Origin: Myxococcota bacterium
GTDB taxonomy: Bacteria; Myxococcota_A; UBA9042; PHBI01; JAWLBL01
NCBI GenBank assembly: GCA_041687695.1
Contig: JAWLBL010000030.1
Span: 32,001-96,000, forward strand
Length of the DNA: 64,000 nt
Reading direction: 5' to 3'
The notes beneath the pieces were generated by a model. The model had not been told where the DNA came from and did not search any database. It worked only from the letters and a program-made list of their open reading frames with translations. Shown here in pieces: positions 17,955-26,752 of this stretch. How positions within the stretch are numbered: the stretch's first letter is position 1; every line of letters starts with the position of its first letter. Made by a program: the position numbers and the translations under genes.

Positions 17955-19648
17955 TGACCTCTCCTCCACGTGACCGTCGTCGCGAACCCGGGCGCCTGCT
18001 CCTCGCTCGGCTGAGTCGCCAGCAGGACCGCCGTCACGCCCCCGGCGACCCCCGCGCCCACGGCCCACACCCACCAGTTCTCGTACCACCGCTTGTCGCC
18101 GTCGTCAGGTTGCTTCACCTGCCACGGCAGCTCGTCCGGGCGGCCGTAGTTGCCGAGGCCCCCGCGGCCGTCGTCGACCGGCGGGCGCTTGACCACCGAG
18201 TCGGCCGGGCGCGGCTCGACCCGCACGACGGGCTCGGGCTTGGGCTGGGGCCGGGGCTCGACCTTGGCGACCGGCACGGGCTTGGGCTCGACCTTGGCGA
18301 CCGGCTCGGGCTTGGGCTCGACCTTGGCGACCGGCTCGGGCTTGGGCTCGACCTTGGCGACCGGCACGGGCTTGGGCTCGACCTTGGCGACCGGCTCGGG
18401 CTTGGGCTCGACCTTGACCACCACGGGGGCCGGCTTCTCGTAGATCTTGCTGGTCCCCGCCACGACGCGGCTGCGCGGGAAGACCACCAGCGACTGCGCG
18501 ACCCGCTCCTCGAGCGAGAGCAGCGCCACCTGCATGTTGCTCAGCTCGCTGTCGAGCTGCACCCACTCGAGCTCGGCCACCTGCTTGATGCTGGGCTCGT
18601 ACAGGAACGTCGCCAGCTCGTACCCGCCGCCCGCCGGCGCGCGCCGGATGAAGGTCAGCACGATCGCGTCCAGCCGATGCGCCTCGGCGATGGCCCCCGC
18701 GTTGGCCAGGAAGGCCGCGTCCAGCTGCCCGCTCGCCACCGCCGCCTCGAGCGCCTTCGGATCGATGGACGCCGCCGGCCGCGCCACGACCGCGTTCGCG
18801 TCCGGCTTGAGCCGCGTGGTCACCGCCTGGTCCTTGGCCGACGCCGTGACCACCTTGGCCCACGGCTTGTGCCCGTCCTTGACCACCCGGACCACGTGCT
18901 TGCCGCGCGACAGCCCGTCGATGGTCACCGGCGTCTGCCCCTTCGGCACGCCGTCCAGGTACACGTCGGCGCCCTCGGGCTGGCTCGTCACCTCGACCTT
19001 GCCCAGCTCGGCCGCCCCGTAGATCGCCTTGAGCCGCGCCAGCGCCTGGATCGCCGCCGCAGGCACCTTGCGCTTGTCGAGCACGATGTCCGGCCGCAGC
19101 ACCAGCACGCGCCCCAGCGCGTCCTCGCCGTTGTCGTCGTACTCCGCCAGGAAGTAGCTCAAGGCCACCCCCAGCGCCGCGTCCACGTACTTGTCGAAGT
19201 CGACCAGATCGTCGAAGCCCTTCTCGTACAGGCCCATCGCCGACTTGAAGCCCTTCACCGCCTCCAGGTACTTGCCCTTGCCGGCCAGCTCCTTGGCGTC
19301 CCACAGGGCCTTGTCGGCCTTGACCAGCGTCGGGTTGGTCTCGACCGGCTTCTTCTCGGGCGGCGGCGGTCCGCCCGCCAGATCCGCCGGCGTGACCACC
19401 TTCACGCGCGCGTTCATGTCCAGGATCGTGTGCAGGTACTCCTGCACACGCCCCGGCACCACGCTCGATACGCTCTCGGCCCGCTGCAGCGGCACCAGCA
19501 GCACCCGCGCCGGCTCACCCTCGGCGGCCACCGCCATCCGCGGCGCCATCGGCGTCACCAGCGCCACCGCCAGGGTCACCGCCAGCGCGCGCCGCCACGG
19601 GCTGTGGCGCTTGCCGGCGGGTCGGGTCGTCGTGGTCGTGCCTCTCAT
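17951..19648 (-). CDS. PEGA-domain secreted protein with Pro/Lys/Glu linker and C-terminal hydrophobic WYxxWWxW tail
   Basis: ATG 19648 with RBS; signal peptide; PEGA motif VTSQPEGADVYLDG...GQTP...GKHVVRVVKDGH; tail KRWYENWWVWAVGAGVAGGV. Confidence 0.8.
   Translation of the reverse strand: MRGTTTTTRPAGKRHSPWRRALAVTLAVALVTPMAPRMAVAAEGEPARVLLVPLQRAESVSSVVPGRVQEYLHTILDMNARVKVVTPADLAGGPPPPEKKPVETNPTLVKADKALWDAKELAGKGKYLEAVKGFKSAMGLYEKGFDDLVDFDKYVDAALGVALSYFLAEYDDNGEDALGRVLVLRPDIVLDKRKVPAAAIQALARLKAIYGAAELGKVEVTSQPEGADVYLDGVPKGQTPVTIDGLSRGKHVVRVVKDGHKPWAKVVTASAKDQAVTTRLKPDANAVVARPAASIDPKALEAAVASGQLDAAFLANAGAIAEAHRLDAIVLTFIRRAPAGGGYELATFLYEPSIKQVAELEWVQLDSELSNMQVALLSLEERVAQSLVVFPRSRVVAGTSKIYEKPAPVVVKVEPKPEPVAKVEPKPVPVAKVEPKPEPVAKVEPKPEPVAKVEPKPVPVAKVEPRPQPKPEPVVRVEPRPADSVVKRPPVDDGRGGLGNYGRPDELPWQVKQPDDGDKRWYENWWVWAVGAGVAGGVTAVLLATQPSEEQAPGFATTVTWRRGQ
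18255..18416 (-). repeat. 30-bp tandem repeat (about 5.4 units) encoding KVEPKP(E/V)PVA
   Basis: Unit cttgggctcgaccttggcgaccggc(t/a)cggg is repeated almost perfectly. Confidence 0.95.
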
Positions 19649-19793
19649 GGCTCCCCCCATGCTGCGGTCTCCGCCGATTGCCTCGGCCGGCCCGTTCGTG
19701 CCATGAACCGGGCCGAACACCTCCGCGGGACTCCCGCTCCGACGGCGTCGAGCCTCGCAGAGGTACCCCCAACGGCCCATCCAAGTCAATTCG

Positions 19794-20903
19794 TTGCAGA
19801 ATCCGCAACATCCGGGGCCCGCCCCGGCGCCCGGCCTCCGCCGCGAGATCACCGCCGCCCTGACGCTCCTGTTCGCGGCCACCGGGCTCATCGCCCTGGT
19901 CAGCCTGGCCCTGCCGTGGCTGCGCGGATACCAGCAGGCCCTGCTCGCCGTGGCCCTGTTCGTCGTCCCCACGGCCGTGCTGCGCCGCACAGCGACCCGC
20001 ATCGACGACCTCGGCGTCGATCTCGGCCCCTGGACCCGCACGGCCGCGCTCTCGGCCGCCGCCGTCGCCATCGTCTTCCCGCTCTTCATCGCCGGTCACC
20101 ACCTCGTCCAGACCCAGCTCCTCGGTCGCACCTTCCGCCCCGACCCCGACGCGCTCATGCGCTGGGGCGACGGCCGTGACCAGCCGCCCCCGAGGCCGTG
20201 CGCCGACGCCCCCGGCGCCCCCACCGTGGCCTGGTTCGGCGGGGGCGGCCTCTGGGTCGTCGGGCCCTCCGATGGGACGCTCGCCGTCACCGTCCGATCT
20301 CCCGACGACGTCATCGCCGCCCGGACCGTGACCTGCCGCGGCCCCGACGTCCCCGCCACCAGCCGCGTCGTCCGCCCCGGCCCCGACGGCCGCCTGGTCG
20401 CCGACGGCGCCCGCGGCCTGTGGATCCCGCTGGGCGACGCCCGCGATCTCGACGTCCGCGTCACCCTCGACGACCGCCCCGTCCCGGCCGCCGACCTGCG
20501 CTTGGGCGAGATCGCCGAGCGCGCCGACGCCGACGGCCACCTGACCGGCTCACGCGACCTCTGGTGGCTGCTGGGCTTCCTGGTCATCCACCTGGGTCTG
20601 GTCGCCCTGCCCGAGGAGTGGTTCTTCCGCGGCTACCTGCAGACCCGCCTCGACCAATGGCTCGGCACGCCCTGGCGCCTCATGGGCGCCTCCGTCGGCC
20701 CGGGGCTCCTCTTCGCCTCGCTGGCCTTCGCCCTGCTGCACCCGATCCTCATCCCCGGGCCGCACCGCCTGCTGGTCTTCTTCCCCAGCCTGCTCTTCGG
20801 CTGGCTGCGCGCCCGCGGCGGCAACATCGGCCCGGCGGTCGTCGTCCACGCCCTCGCGAACCTGCTGCAGGCCGTGGTCAGCCCGCTCTACGTCTCGGCC
20901 TGA
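19794..20903 (+). CDS. CPBP/Abi-family glutamic intramembrane protease, myxosortase-like
   Basis: Motifs PEEWFFRGYLQ, FALLH, FFPSLLFGWLR and HALAN, with multiple TM segments. Start (TTG) uncertain. Confidence 0.8.
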   Translation: MQNPQHPGPAPAPGLRREITAALTLLFAATGLIALVSLALPWLRGYQQALLAVALFVVPTAVLRRTATRIDDLGVDLGPWTRTAALSAAAVAIVFPLFIAGHHLVQTQLLGRTFRPDPDALMRWGDGRDQPPPRPCADAPGAPTVAWFGGGGLWVVGPSDGTLAVTVRSPDDVIAARTVTCRGPDVPATSRVVRPGPDGRLVADGARGLWIPLGDARDLDVRVTLDDRPVPAADLRLGEIAERADADGHLTGSRDLWWLLGFLVIHLGLVALPEEWFFRGYLQTRLDQWLGTPWRLMGASVGPGLLFASLAFALLHPILIPGPHRLLVFFPSLLFGWLRARGGNIGPAVVVHALANLLQAVVSPLYVSA

Positions 20904-21838
20904 ACCCGCGCCCCGCCCGGATCGACCGCCCCGACCAGCCGCAGGCTCCCGTGCCCCGCCGCCGCGAAGGCCGCCACCATCGCGTCCGCCGCCGCCTCGG
21001 CCACCGCGCGCGCGCCCGCCAGCGCGAACACCGTCGGCCCCGACCCCGAGATCCCGCCGCCGACCGCCCCGGCCGCCACCGCCGCGGCCAGCGCCTGGTC
21101 GTACGCCGGGATGAGCCCCTTGCGGTACGGCGTCGCCAGCCGGTCCTCGAGGCACCGCCCGACCAGCGCCAGGTCGCCCTTGGCCAGCCCGGCCACCAGC
21201 CCGGCCGTCGCCCCTACGTTGGCGATGGCGTCCCCCAGCCCCACCTCGCGCGGCAGCACCCGCCGCGCGTCGGCCGTGCGCACCTCGACGTCCGGCTTGA
21301 CCGTCGCCACGAACAGCGGCGCCGCGCAGGGCAGGGTGACCACCTCGATCGCGCCGCCGGCCCTCGGCAGGCAGGCCACGATCCCACCCAACAGCGCCGG
21401 CGCCACGTTGTCCGGATGCGGCGACCCCGTCGCCAGCCGCTCGCCCTCGCGGCAGGCGTCCAGCAGCGCCGCTCGCGGCACCTCCGGGCACGCCAGCGCC
21501 GCCGTCGCCACCACCGCCGCCACCGCCGACGCGGCCGAGCTGCCCAGCCCCGACCCCAGCGGCAGCCCCTTGGTCAGCCACAGCCGCACCCCGGTGCGCC
21601 CGTCACCGAAGGCGTCCAGCACGGCCTGCGCCGCCACGGTCGCGCAGTTGCGGTGCGACGCGCGCGGCAGGCGCCCGCCGTCGCCCTCGACCCCGCCCAG
21701 GGTCGCCCGCCCGTCGGCCGTCGCCTCGGCCACGACGACGTCGCGCGGCCCCTCGAGGCACAGCCCCAGCACGTCGAAGCCCGGCCCCAGGTTGGCGACC
21801 GTCGCCGCCGCCGACGCCCGCACGCGCCGGCCCGTCAC
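20888..21838 (-). CDS. thrB: Homoserine kinase
   Basis: ATVANLGPGFDVLG, GHMP loop LPLGSGLGSSAAS, HPDNVAPALLGG and ISGSGPT. GTG start is coupled to the upstream stop. Confidence 0.92.
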   Translation of the reverse strand: MTGRRVRASAAATVANLGPGFDVLGLCLEGPRDVVVAEATADGRATLGGVEGDGGRLPRASHRNCATVAAQAVLDAFGDGRTGVRLWLTKGLPLGSGLGSSAASAVAAVVATAALACPEVPRAALLDACREGERLATGSPHPDNVAPALLGGIVACLPRAGGAIEVVTLPCAAPLFVATVKPDVEVRTADARRVLPREVGLGDAIANVGATAGLVAGLAKGDLALVGRCLEDRLATPYRKGLIPAYDQALAAAVAAGAVGGGISGSGPTVFALAGARAVAEAAADAMVAAFAAAGHGSLRLVGAVDPGGARVQAET

Positions 21839-22182
21839 GACAGGTCCTCCAGCCCCGGCAGATCGCTCGGCGCGACCACGACCCTGCCGTCGGGGCCGGC
21901 GTTCTCGAGCACCAACACCTCCTGCCCGCGCACCATCGGCTCGGCGGCCTCGTCGAGCCGCGCCGGCAGGACGCGCGTCACTCCGGCCCGGTCGGTCAGG
22001 CGCACCCGCCCGTCCGCCTCGTCCAGCCGGTCGCTGGCGACGACGCCCGTGCACCCGGCCACGTCCTGCGCCAGCAGCGCCTGGGTGCGCTGGTCGCCCT
22101 CGACGCGCGTCTGGCGGCTGCGCCAGAACAGGTAGACGCCCACGACCAGCGCGATGACGACGATGAGCTCGACGATCCCCAT
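21835..22182 (-). CDS. Small membrane protein with NfeD/OB-fold-like C-terminus
   Basis: N-terminal TM helix followed by GCTGVV...GRVRLTD...RGQEVLVL, a beta-rich pattern. Confidence 0.55.
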   Translation of the reverse strand: MGIVELIVVIALVVGVYLFWRSRQTRVEGDQRTQALLAQDVAGCTGVVASDRLDEADGRVRLTDRAGVTRVLPARLDEAAEPMVRGQEVLVLENAGPDGRVVVAPSDLPGLEDLS

Positions 22183-22222
22183 GACCGGGGACGATCCGTG
22201 AGATCGCGGGCCGTGTCCATAG

Positions 22223-22252
22223 TTGACACCGCCCGAGCCACCTAAGTATACG
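22223..22252 (+). promoter_or_regulatory. Putative sigma70 promoter for the GT2 operon
   Basis: TTGACA-N18-TATACG upstream of the 22290 start. Confidence 0.5.
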
Positions 22253-22289
22253 GGCGCACCCCCCGGCCCCCCGACGTCAGGAGCGCGCC

Positions 22290-23024
22290 GTGTCCCAGCA
22301 GCCCGATCAGCCCGTCGCCTCGATCGTCATCCCGGTCTACAACGAAGAGGCCCTGCTCGAGACCGCCATCAACGACCTCGTCGTGCGCCTCGGCGAGCAG
22401 CTGCCCGAGCTGACCTACGAGATCCTCATCACCGAGAACGGCTCGACCGACGACACGCTCGAGATCGCCTACCGCCTCGAGCGGCAGTACGACACCGTCC
22501 GCGTCCTGCACAGCCCGGAGCCGAACTACGGGCGCGCCCTGCGCCGCGGCATGCTCGAGGCGCGCGGCACCTACGTCCTGTGCGACGAGATCGACATCTG
22601 CGACGTCGACTTCCACAAGCGCGCCCTCAGCATCCTCACCGCCAACCAGGCGGACATGGTGGTCGGCTCCAAGGCCCACAAGGACGCCCAGGACCAGCGC
22701 CCGCTCGTGCGCCGCGCCGGCACCATGGTCATCAACGGCATGCTGCGCGTGGCCCTGGGCTTCCAGGGCACCGACACCCACGGCCTCAAGGCCTTCCACC
22801 GCGAGCGCCTGCTCCCGGTCGTCAGCCGCTGCATCGTCGACAAGGATCTCTTCACCAGCGAGTTCGTGATCCGCGCCGAGCGGGACAAGTACCGCATCCT
22901 CGAGATCCCCATCGTCATCCACGAAAAGCGCCCGCCCAGCATCAACCTCGCCAAGCGCGTCCCGCACGTCTTGAAGAGCCTGGCGCGCCTGACCTGGGCC
23001 ATCCGCTTCAAGGGCCAGGGCTGA
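22290..23024 (+). CDS. Glycosyltransferase family 2 (polyprenol-phosphate glycosyltransferase-like)
   Basis: SIVIPVYNEE, ENGSTDDT, NYGRALRRG, DxD-like EID, VVGSK and DTHGLKAF. Confidence 0.88.
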   Translation: MSQQPDQPVASIVIPVYNEEALLETAINDLVVRLGEQLPELTYEILITENGSTDDTLEIAYRLERQYDTVRVLHSPEPNYGRALRRGMLEARGTYVLCDEIDICDVDFHKRALSILTANQADMVVGSKAHKDAQDQRPLVRRAGTMVINGMLRVALGFQGTDTHGLKAFHRERLLPVVSRCIVDKDLFTSEFVIRAERDKYRILEIPIVIHEKRPPSINLAKRVPHVLKSLARLTWAIRFKGQG

Positions 23025-23028
23025 GGCC

Positions 23029-23931
23029 GTGTCCTGGCGCGCCGCCGCGGTCAACGTCGACGTCGACAGCCTGTACCTGTACTACCGGCTGCACGGGCTC
23101 GACGAGGCGCGCGCCACCAACGCCGTCTGGGAGCGCGGGGTCACCCGCTTCGCCGAGCTGTTCGCCGAGCTGGGCGTCAAGGCGACCTTCTTCGTGGTCG
23201 CCGCCGACCTCGAGCGCTGGCCCGCCGCCGCCTCCCTGGCCCGCCAGCTGGCCGCCGACGGCCACGAGCTGGCCAGCCACACCTGGTCGCACCCCTACGC
23301 CCTGACCCGCCTCGACCGCGCCGGTGTCGCCGAAGAGGTCGACAAGGCCGCGGCCGCGCTCGCCGAGGTCCGCGGCACGCCCATCACGGGCTTTCGCGCC
23401 CCCGGCTACAACATGACCGACGCCGTCTTCGACGTGCTCGGCGAGCGCGGCTACGCCTACAGCAGCTCGGTCTTCCCGTGCCCGCCCTACTACCTGGCCA
23501 AGCTGGCCGTGCTGGCCAAGATGAAGGTCCTGGGCCAGACCAGCCAGGCCATCATGGGCGAGCCCAGCGTCCTGTGGGCGCCGCGCGGGCCGCACCGCCG
23601 CCGCGGCGTGCTCGAGCTGCCCATCACCGTCCTACCCGGGCTGCGCTTGCCCTTCATCGGCACCAGCCTGCTGATGATGGGCCAGCGCGGCTACGGCCTG
23701 ACCCGGCCATGGCTCGACCGGGTCGACTTCGTGAACCTCGAGTTCCACGGCATCGACCTGTGCGACCTGCAGGCCGACGGCATCGACCCGGCGCTGCTCA
23801 AGCAGCCCGATCTGCGGGTGCCGCTGGCCGACAAGCTGGCCCTGTTCCGGCGGGTCATCGGCGATCTGCGGGACGGCTGGGGCGTCCAGACGCTCGAGGC
23901 GCTGGCCCCCCGATACGCGGCCGCGGCATGA
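23029..23931 (+). CDS. Polysaccharide deacetylase family protein
   Basis: NodB motifs VDVD, ATFFVV, HELASHTWSH and GFRAPGY. Confidence 0.85.
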   Translation: MSWRAAAVNVDVDSLYLYYRLHGLDEARATNAVWERGVTRFAELFAELGVKATFFVVAADLERWPAAASLARQLAADGHELASHTWSHPYALTRLDRAGVAEEVDKAAAALAEVRGTPITGFRAPGYNMTDAVFDVLGERGYAYSSSVFPCPPYYLAKLAVLAKMKVLGQTSQAIMGEPSVLWAPRGPHRRRGVLELPITVLPGLRLPFIGTSLLMMGQRGYGLTRPWLDRVDFVNLEFHGIDLCDLQADGIDPALLKQPDLRVPLADKLALFRRVIGDLRDGWGVQTLEALAPRYAAAA

Positions 23932-24058
23932 CCGGGGCCCCCGCGCGGACGGCCCGCCAGGTTGTCCTTTCGCATCGCGTTGTTATGACTGATGGCGAGC
24001 GCGTGGCCCCGTGGCCGCGTCCCCGTCCGCCCCAGCCTCACGCGAGCGCGAAGTCACC

Positions 24059-25639
24059 ATGAGAGCCAAGGCCCCCTCCGGCGGCCCCGAGCGGCGCCTG
24101 ACCCGCCGCGAGCGCGACCGGGACCGCGCCAAGCACCAGACCGCCGACCCGCAGGCCGTCCGCAAGCGCCTGCTCGCCGCCGAGACCGGCACCATCGTCC
24201 GCGACGCCCCGCTGCGCATCGGCCTCGCCTACCCGAACCCGTACCACACGGCGATGAGCTCGCTCGGCTACCAGGTCATCTACCGGATGATGAACGGCCG
24301 GCAGCCCATCTCGGCCGAGCGCGTGGTCCTGCCCGACGACGTCGCCCACCACCGCCAGCGCGGCTGGGCGCCCATCTCGCTCGAGACCGGCCGCCCGCTG
24401 GCCAGCTTCGACGTGCTGGCCTTCTCGGTCACCTGGGACCTCGACATCCTGGGCTTCTTCGATCTGCTCGACCTCGCCGGCGTCCCGCTGCTGCGCGAGC
24501 AGCGCGGCGACCACCACCCGCCCATCCTGCTGGGCGGCCCCATCACCGCCTCGAACGTCCTGCCCTTCGGGCCGTTCATCGACCTGGCGGTCATCGGCGA
24601 CGGCGAGGTGGCCGTCTCGGCCCTGATGGATCTGCTCGAGACGGTGCGCGACCGCGACGAGCTGAAGCAGCGCGCGTCGGCCATCCCCGGCGTCTGGGTC
24701 CCCGAGCTCCACGGCGACGCCATCCCGCCGACCCAGAAGGTCACCGTCGGCCACCTGCCCGCGGTCGGGCAGATCGTGACGCCGAACACCGAGCTGTCGA
24801 ACATGTTCTTGCTCGAGGCCAGCCGCGGCTGCCCTCGCTTTTGTAAGTTCTGCGTGGTGCGTGCGCCCGAGAGCCCGATGCGCGAGCCCGAGCTGGACGA
24901 GGTCCTGAGCCACGTCCCCGAGCACGCGCCGCGCGTCGGCTTCGTGGGCGCGGCGGTCAGCGAGTGGGGCGGCATCCGCGAGGCGCTGCGCCGCGTGGTC
25001 GAGATGGGCAAGGGCGTGGGCGTGTCCAGCCTGCGCGCCGACCGCCTGGACGCCGACTTCGTGGGGCTGCTGGCGCGGGGCGGCTACCGGACCATGACGG
25101 TCGCCTCGGACGCGCCCAGCCAACGCCTGCGCGGCAAGCTGGCCAAGGGCATCCGCACGCGGCACCTGGTCGAGGCGGCGCGGCTGGCCAAAGACGCCGG
25201 CATGACGCGCCTGAAGATGTACGTCATCGTCGGCCTGCCCGACGAGCGCGACGAGGACATCGACGAGCTGATCGTGCTGAGCCAGGAGCTGAGCGAGATC
25301 CTGCCCGTCGCGCTGGGGCTGTCGCCGCTGGTGCCCAAGCTGCACACGCCGCTGGGCGACGCGCCCTTCGCCGGGGTCGCGGCCATCGACCACACCCTCA
25401 AGCGCCTCAAGCGAGAGCTGGGCGGCGTGGCCGAGGTGCGCTCCACGTCGGCCAAGTGGGCCTGGGTCGAGTACCGCATGAGCCAGGGCGCGCAGGACGC
25501 GGGCCTCGCGGCGCTCGAGGCCTGGGAGAACGGCGGCGGCTACCGCGCCTGGGAGAGCGCCCTGGGCGGCGCCGACGAGCGTGGCGCCCTCGACGCCGCG
25601 CGCCGGCACGCCCTGTGGGACGCCTCCGGCATGAAGTAG
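24059..25639 (+). CDS. Radical SAM protein (B12-binding-like N-terminus)
   Basis: SRGCPRFCKFC (CxxxCxxC); N-terminal YPNPYHTAMSSLGYQ. Confidence 0.85.
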   Translation: MRAKAPSGGPERRLTRRERDRDRAKHQTADPQAVRKRLLAAETGTIVRDAPLRIGLAYPNPYHTAMSSLGYQVIYRMMNGRQPISAERVVLPDDVAHHRQRGWAPISLETGRPLASFDVLAFSVTWDLDILGFFDLLDLAGVPLLREQRGDHHPPILLGGPITASNVLPFGPFIDLAVIGDGEVAVSALMDLLETVRDRDELKQRASAIPGVWVPELHGDAIPPTQKVTVGHLPAVGQIVTPNTELSNMFLLEASRGCPRFCKFCVVRAPESPMREPELDEVLSHVPEHAPRVGFVGAAVSEWGGIREALRRVVEMGKGVGVSSLRADRLDADFVGLLARGGYRTMTVASDAPSQRLRGKLAKGIRTRHLVEAARLAKDAGMTRLKMYVIVGLPDERDEDIDELIVLSQELSEILPVALGLSPLVPKLHTPLGDAPFAGVAAIDHTLKRLKRELGGVAEVRSTSAKWAWVEYRMSQGAQDAGLAALEAWENGGGYRAWESALGGADERGALDAARRHALWDASGMK

Positions 25640-25645
25640 CTGGTC

Positions 25646-26749
25646 CTAGTCGGGCACCAGGCCCAGCAGCACGTCGTCCATGAAGCGCAGGCCCTCCTCG
25701 GTCAGCGTCGCCCGCGTCCCGTCCAGGACGACCCGCCCGCGCGCCGCCTCGCGCTCGAGCGCCTCGGCGAAGCGCGGCCAGTCCGCGCCCAGCTCGACCC
25801 CGTCGACCAGCGAGCGCAGGCCGGTCATCACCCGCTCGAAGGCCAGCGTCGCCTCGTCCAGCCGCTCGACCTCGGCCTCGGGCCGCGCGCCTGCCAGCGC
25901 CGCCTCGCGCCACCTGGCCGGCCGCGCGATGTTGCGCCAGCGCACCGGTGGCACGAAGCCGTGCGCGCCGGGGCCCAGCCCCAGGTACGGCCGCCACTGC
26001 CAATAGCCGCTGTTGTGCACCGCGCGGTGGCCCGGCTGGGCGTAGCTCGAGATCTCGTAGTGATCATAGCCGGCCCAGCGCAGCACGCGCCGCGCCGTGA
26101 ACAGCATCTCGGCCTGCGCCGCGTCGTCGGGGACCACCACCCGCCCGCGCTCGACGAAGCGCGCCAGGGTGGTGCGCGGCTCGACCGTCAGCGCGTACAC
26201 CGACAGGTGCGGCGCGCCCAGGCCGGCGATGCGCTCCAGATCGGCCTCCCACGCGGCCGGCGTCTGCCCCGGCAGCCCGAAGATGAAGTCCAGGCTGTAG
26301 GACCGGAAGCCGCCCTCCGCGACCAGCGCGATGGCCTCCAGGGCGCGCTCGACGCCGTGCTGGCGCTCGATCCGCGTCAGCAGCTCGTCGTGCAGCGCCT
26401 GCACCCCCAGCGACACCCGGCTGATGCCCATCCGCCGCCACGCCGCCACCCGCTCGGCCGTCACCTCGGCCGGGTTGGCCTCCAGCGTGACCTCGGCGTC
26501 CGGCTCGAGCCCCGGCGCCCGCCGCACCGCCTCGACGACCCGCGCCAGCTCGTCCGGAGCCCACAGGCTGGGCGTGCCGCCCCCGAAGTACAGGCTGCGC
26601 GTTGGCGCCCCCAGATCCCCAGCCCGCGTCGCCAGCTCGGCCAGCAGCGCGTCCGTGAAGGCCCGCTGCGGGATGCGACGCGGCGTCACCACGTTGAAGT
26701 CGCAGTACGAGCAGTGGTGGACGCAGTAGGGGAAGTGGACGTAGATCAT
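25646..26749 (-). CDS. hemW: Radical SAM heme chaperone HemW
   Basis: IYVHFPYCVHHCSYCDF, YFGGGTPS, TLEANP, YEISSYA and HNSGYW. Confidence 0.88.
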   Translation of the reverse strand: MIYVHFPYCVHHCSYCDFNVVTPRRIPQRAFTDALLAELATRAGDLGAPTRSLYFGGGTPSLWAPDELARVVEAVRRAPGLEPDAEVTLEANPAEVTAERVAAWRRMGISRVSLGVQALHDELLTRIERQHGVERALEAIALVAEGGFRSYSLDFIFGLPGQTPAAWEADLERIAGLGAPHLSVYALTVEPRTTLARFVERGRVVVPDDAAQAEMLFTARRVLRWAGYDHYEISSYAQPGHRAVHNSGYWQWRPYLGLGPGAHGFVPPVRWRNIARPARWREAALAGARPEAEVERLDEATLAFERVMTGLRSLVDGVELGADWPRFAEALEREAARGRVVLDGTRATLTEEGLRFMDDVLLGLVPD

Positions 26750-26752
26750 CCG

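Noticed and set aside
18255..18416. 30-bp repeats as a possible CRISPR array
   Set aside because: The units are contiguous with no unique spacers, in frame within a CDS, and there are no cas genes.
4862..19648. MYXO-CTERM substrates next to the myxosortase-like protease
   Set aside because: None of these proteins ends in a GC-x-hydrophobic-Arg-cluster MYXO-CTERM tail.
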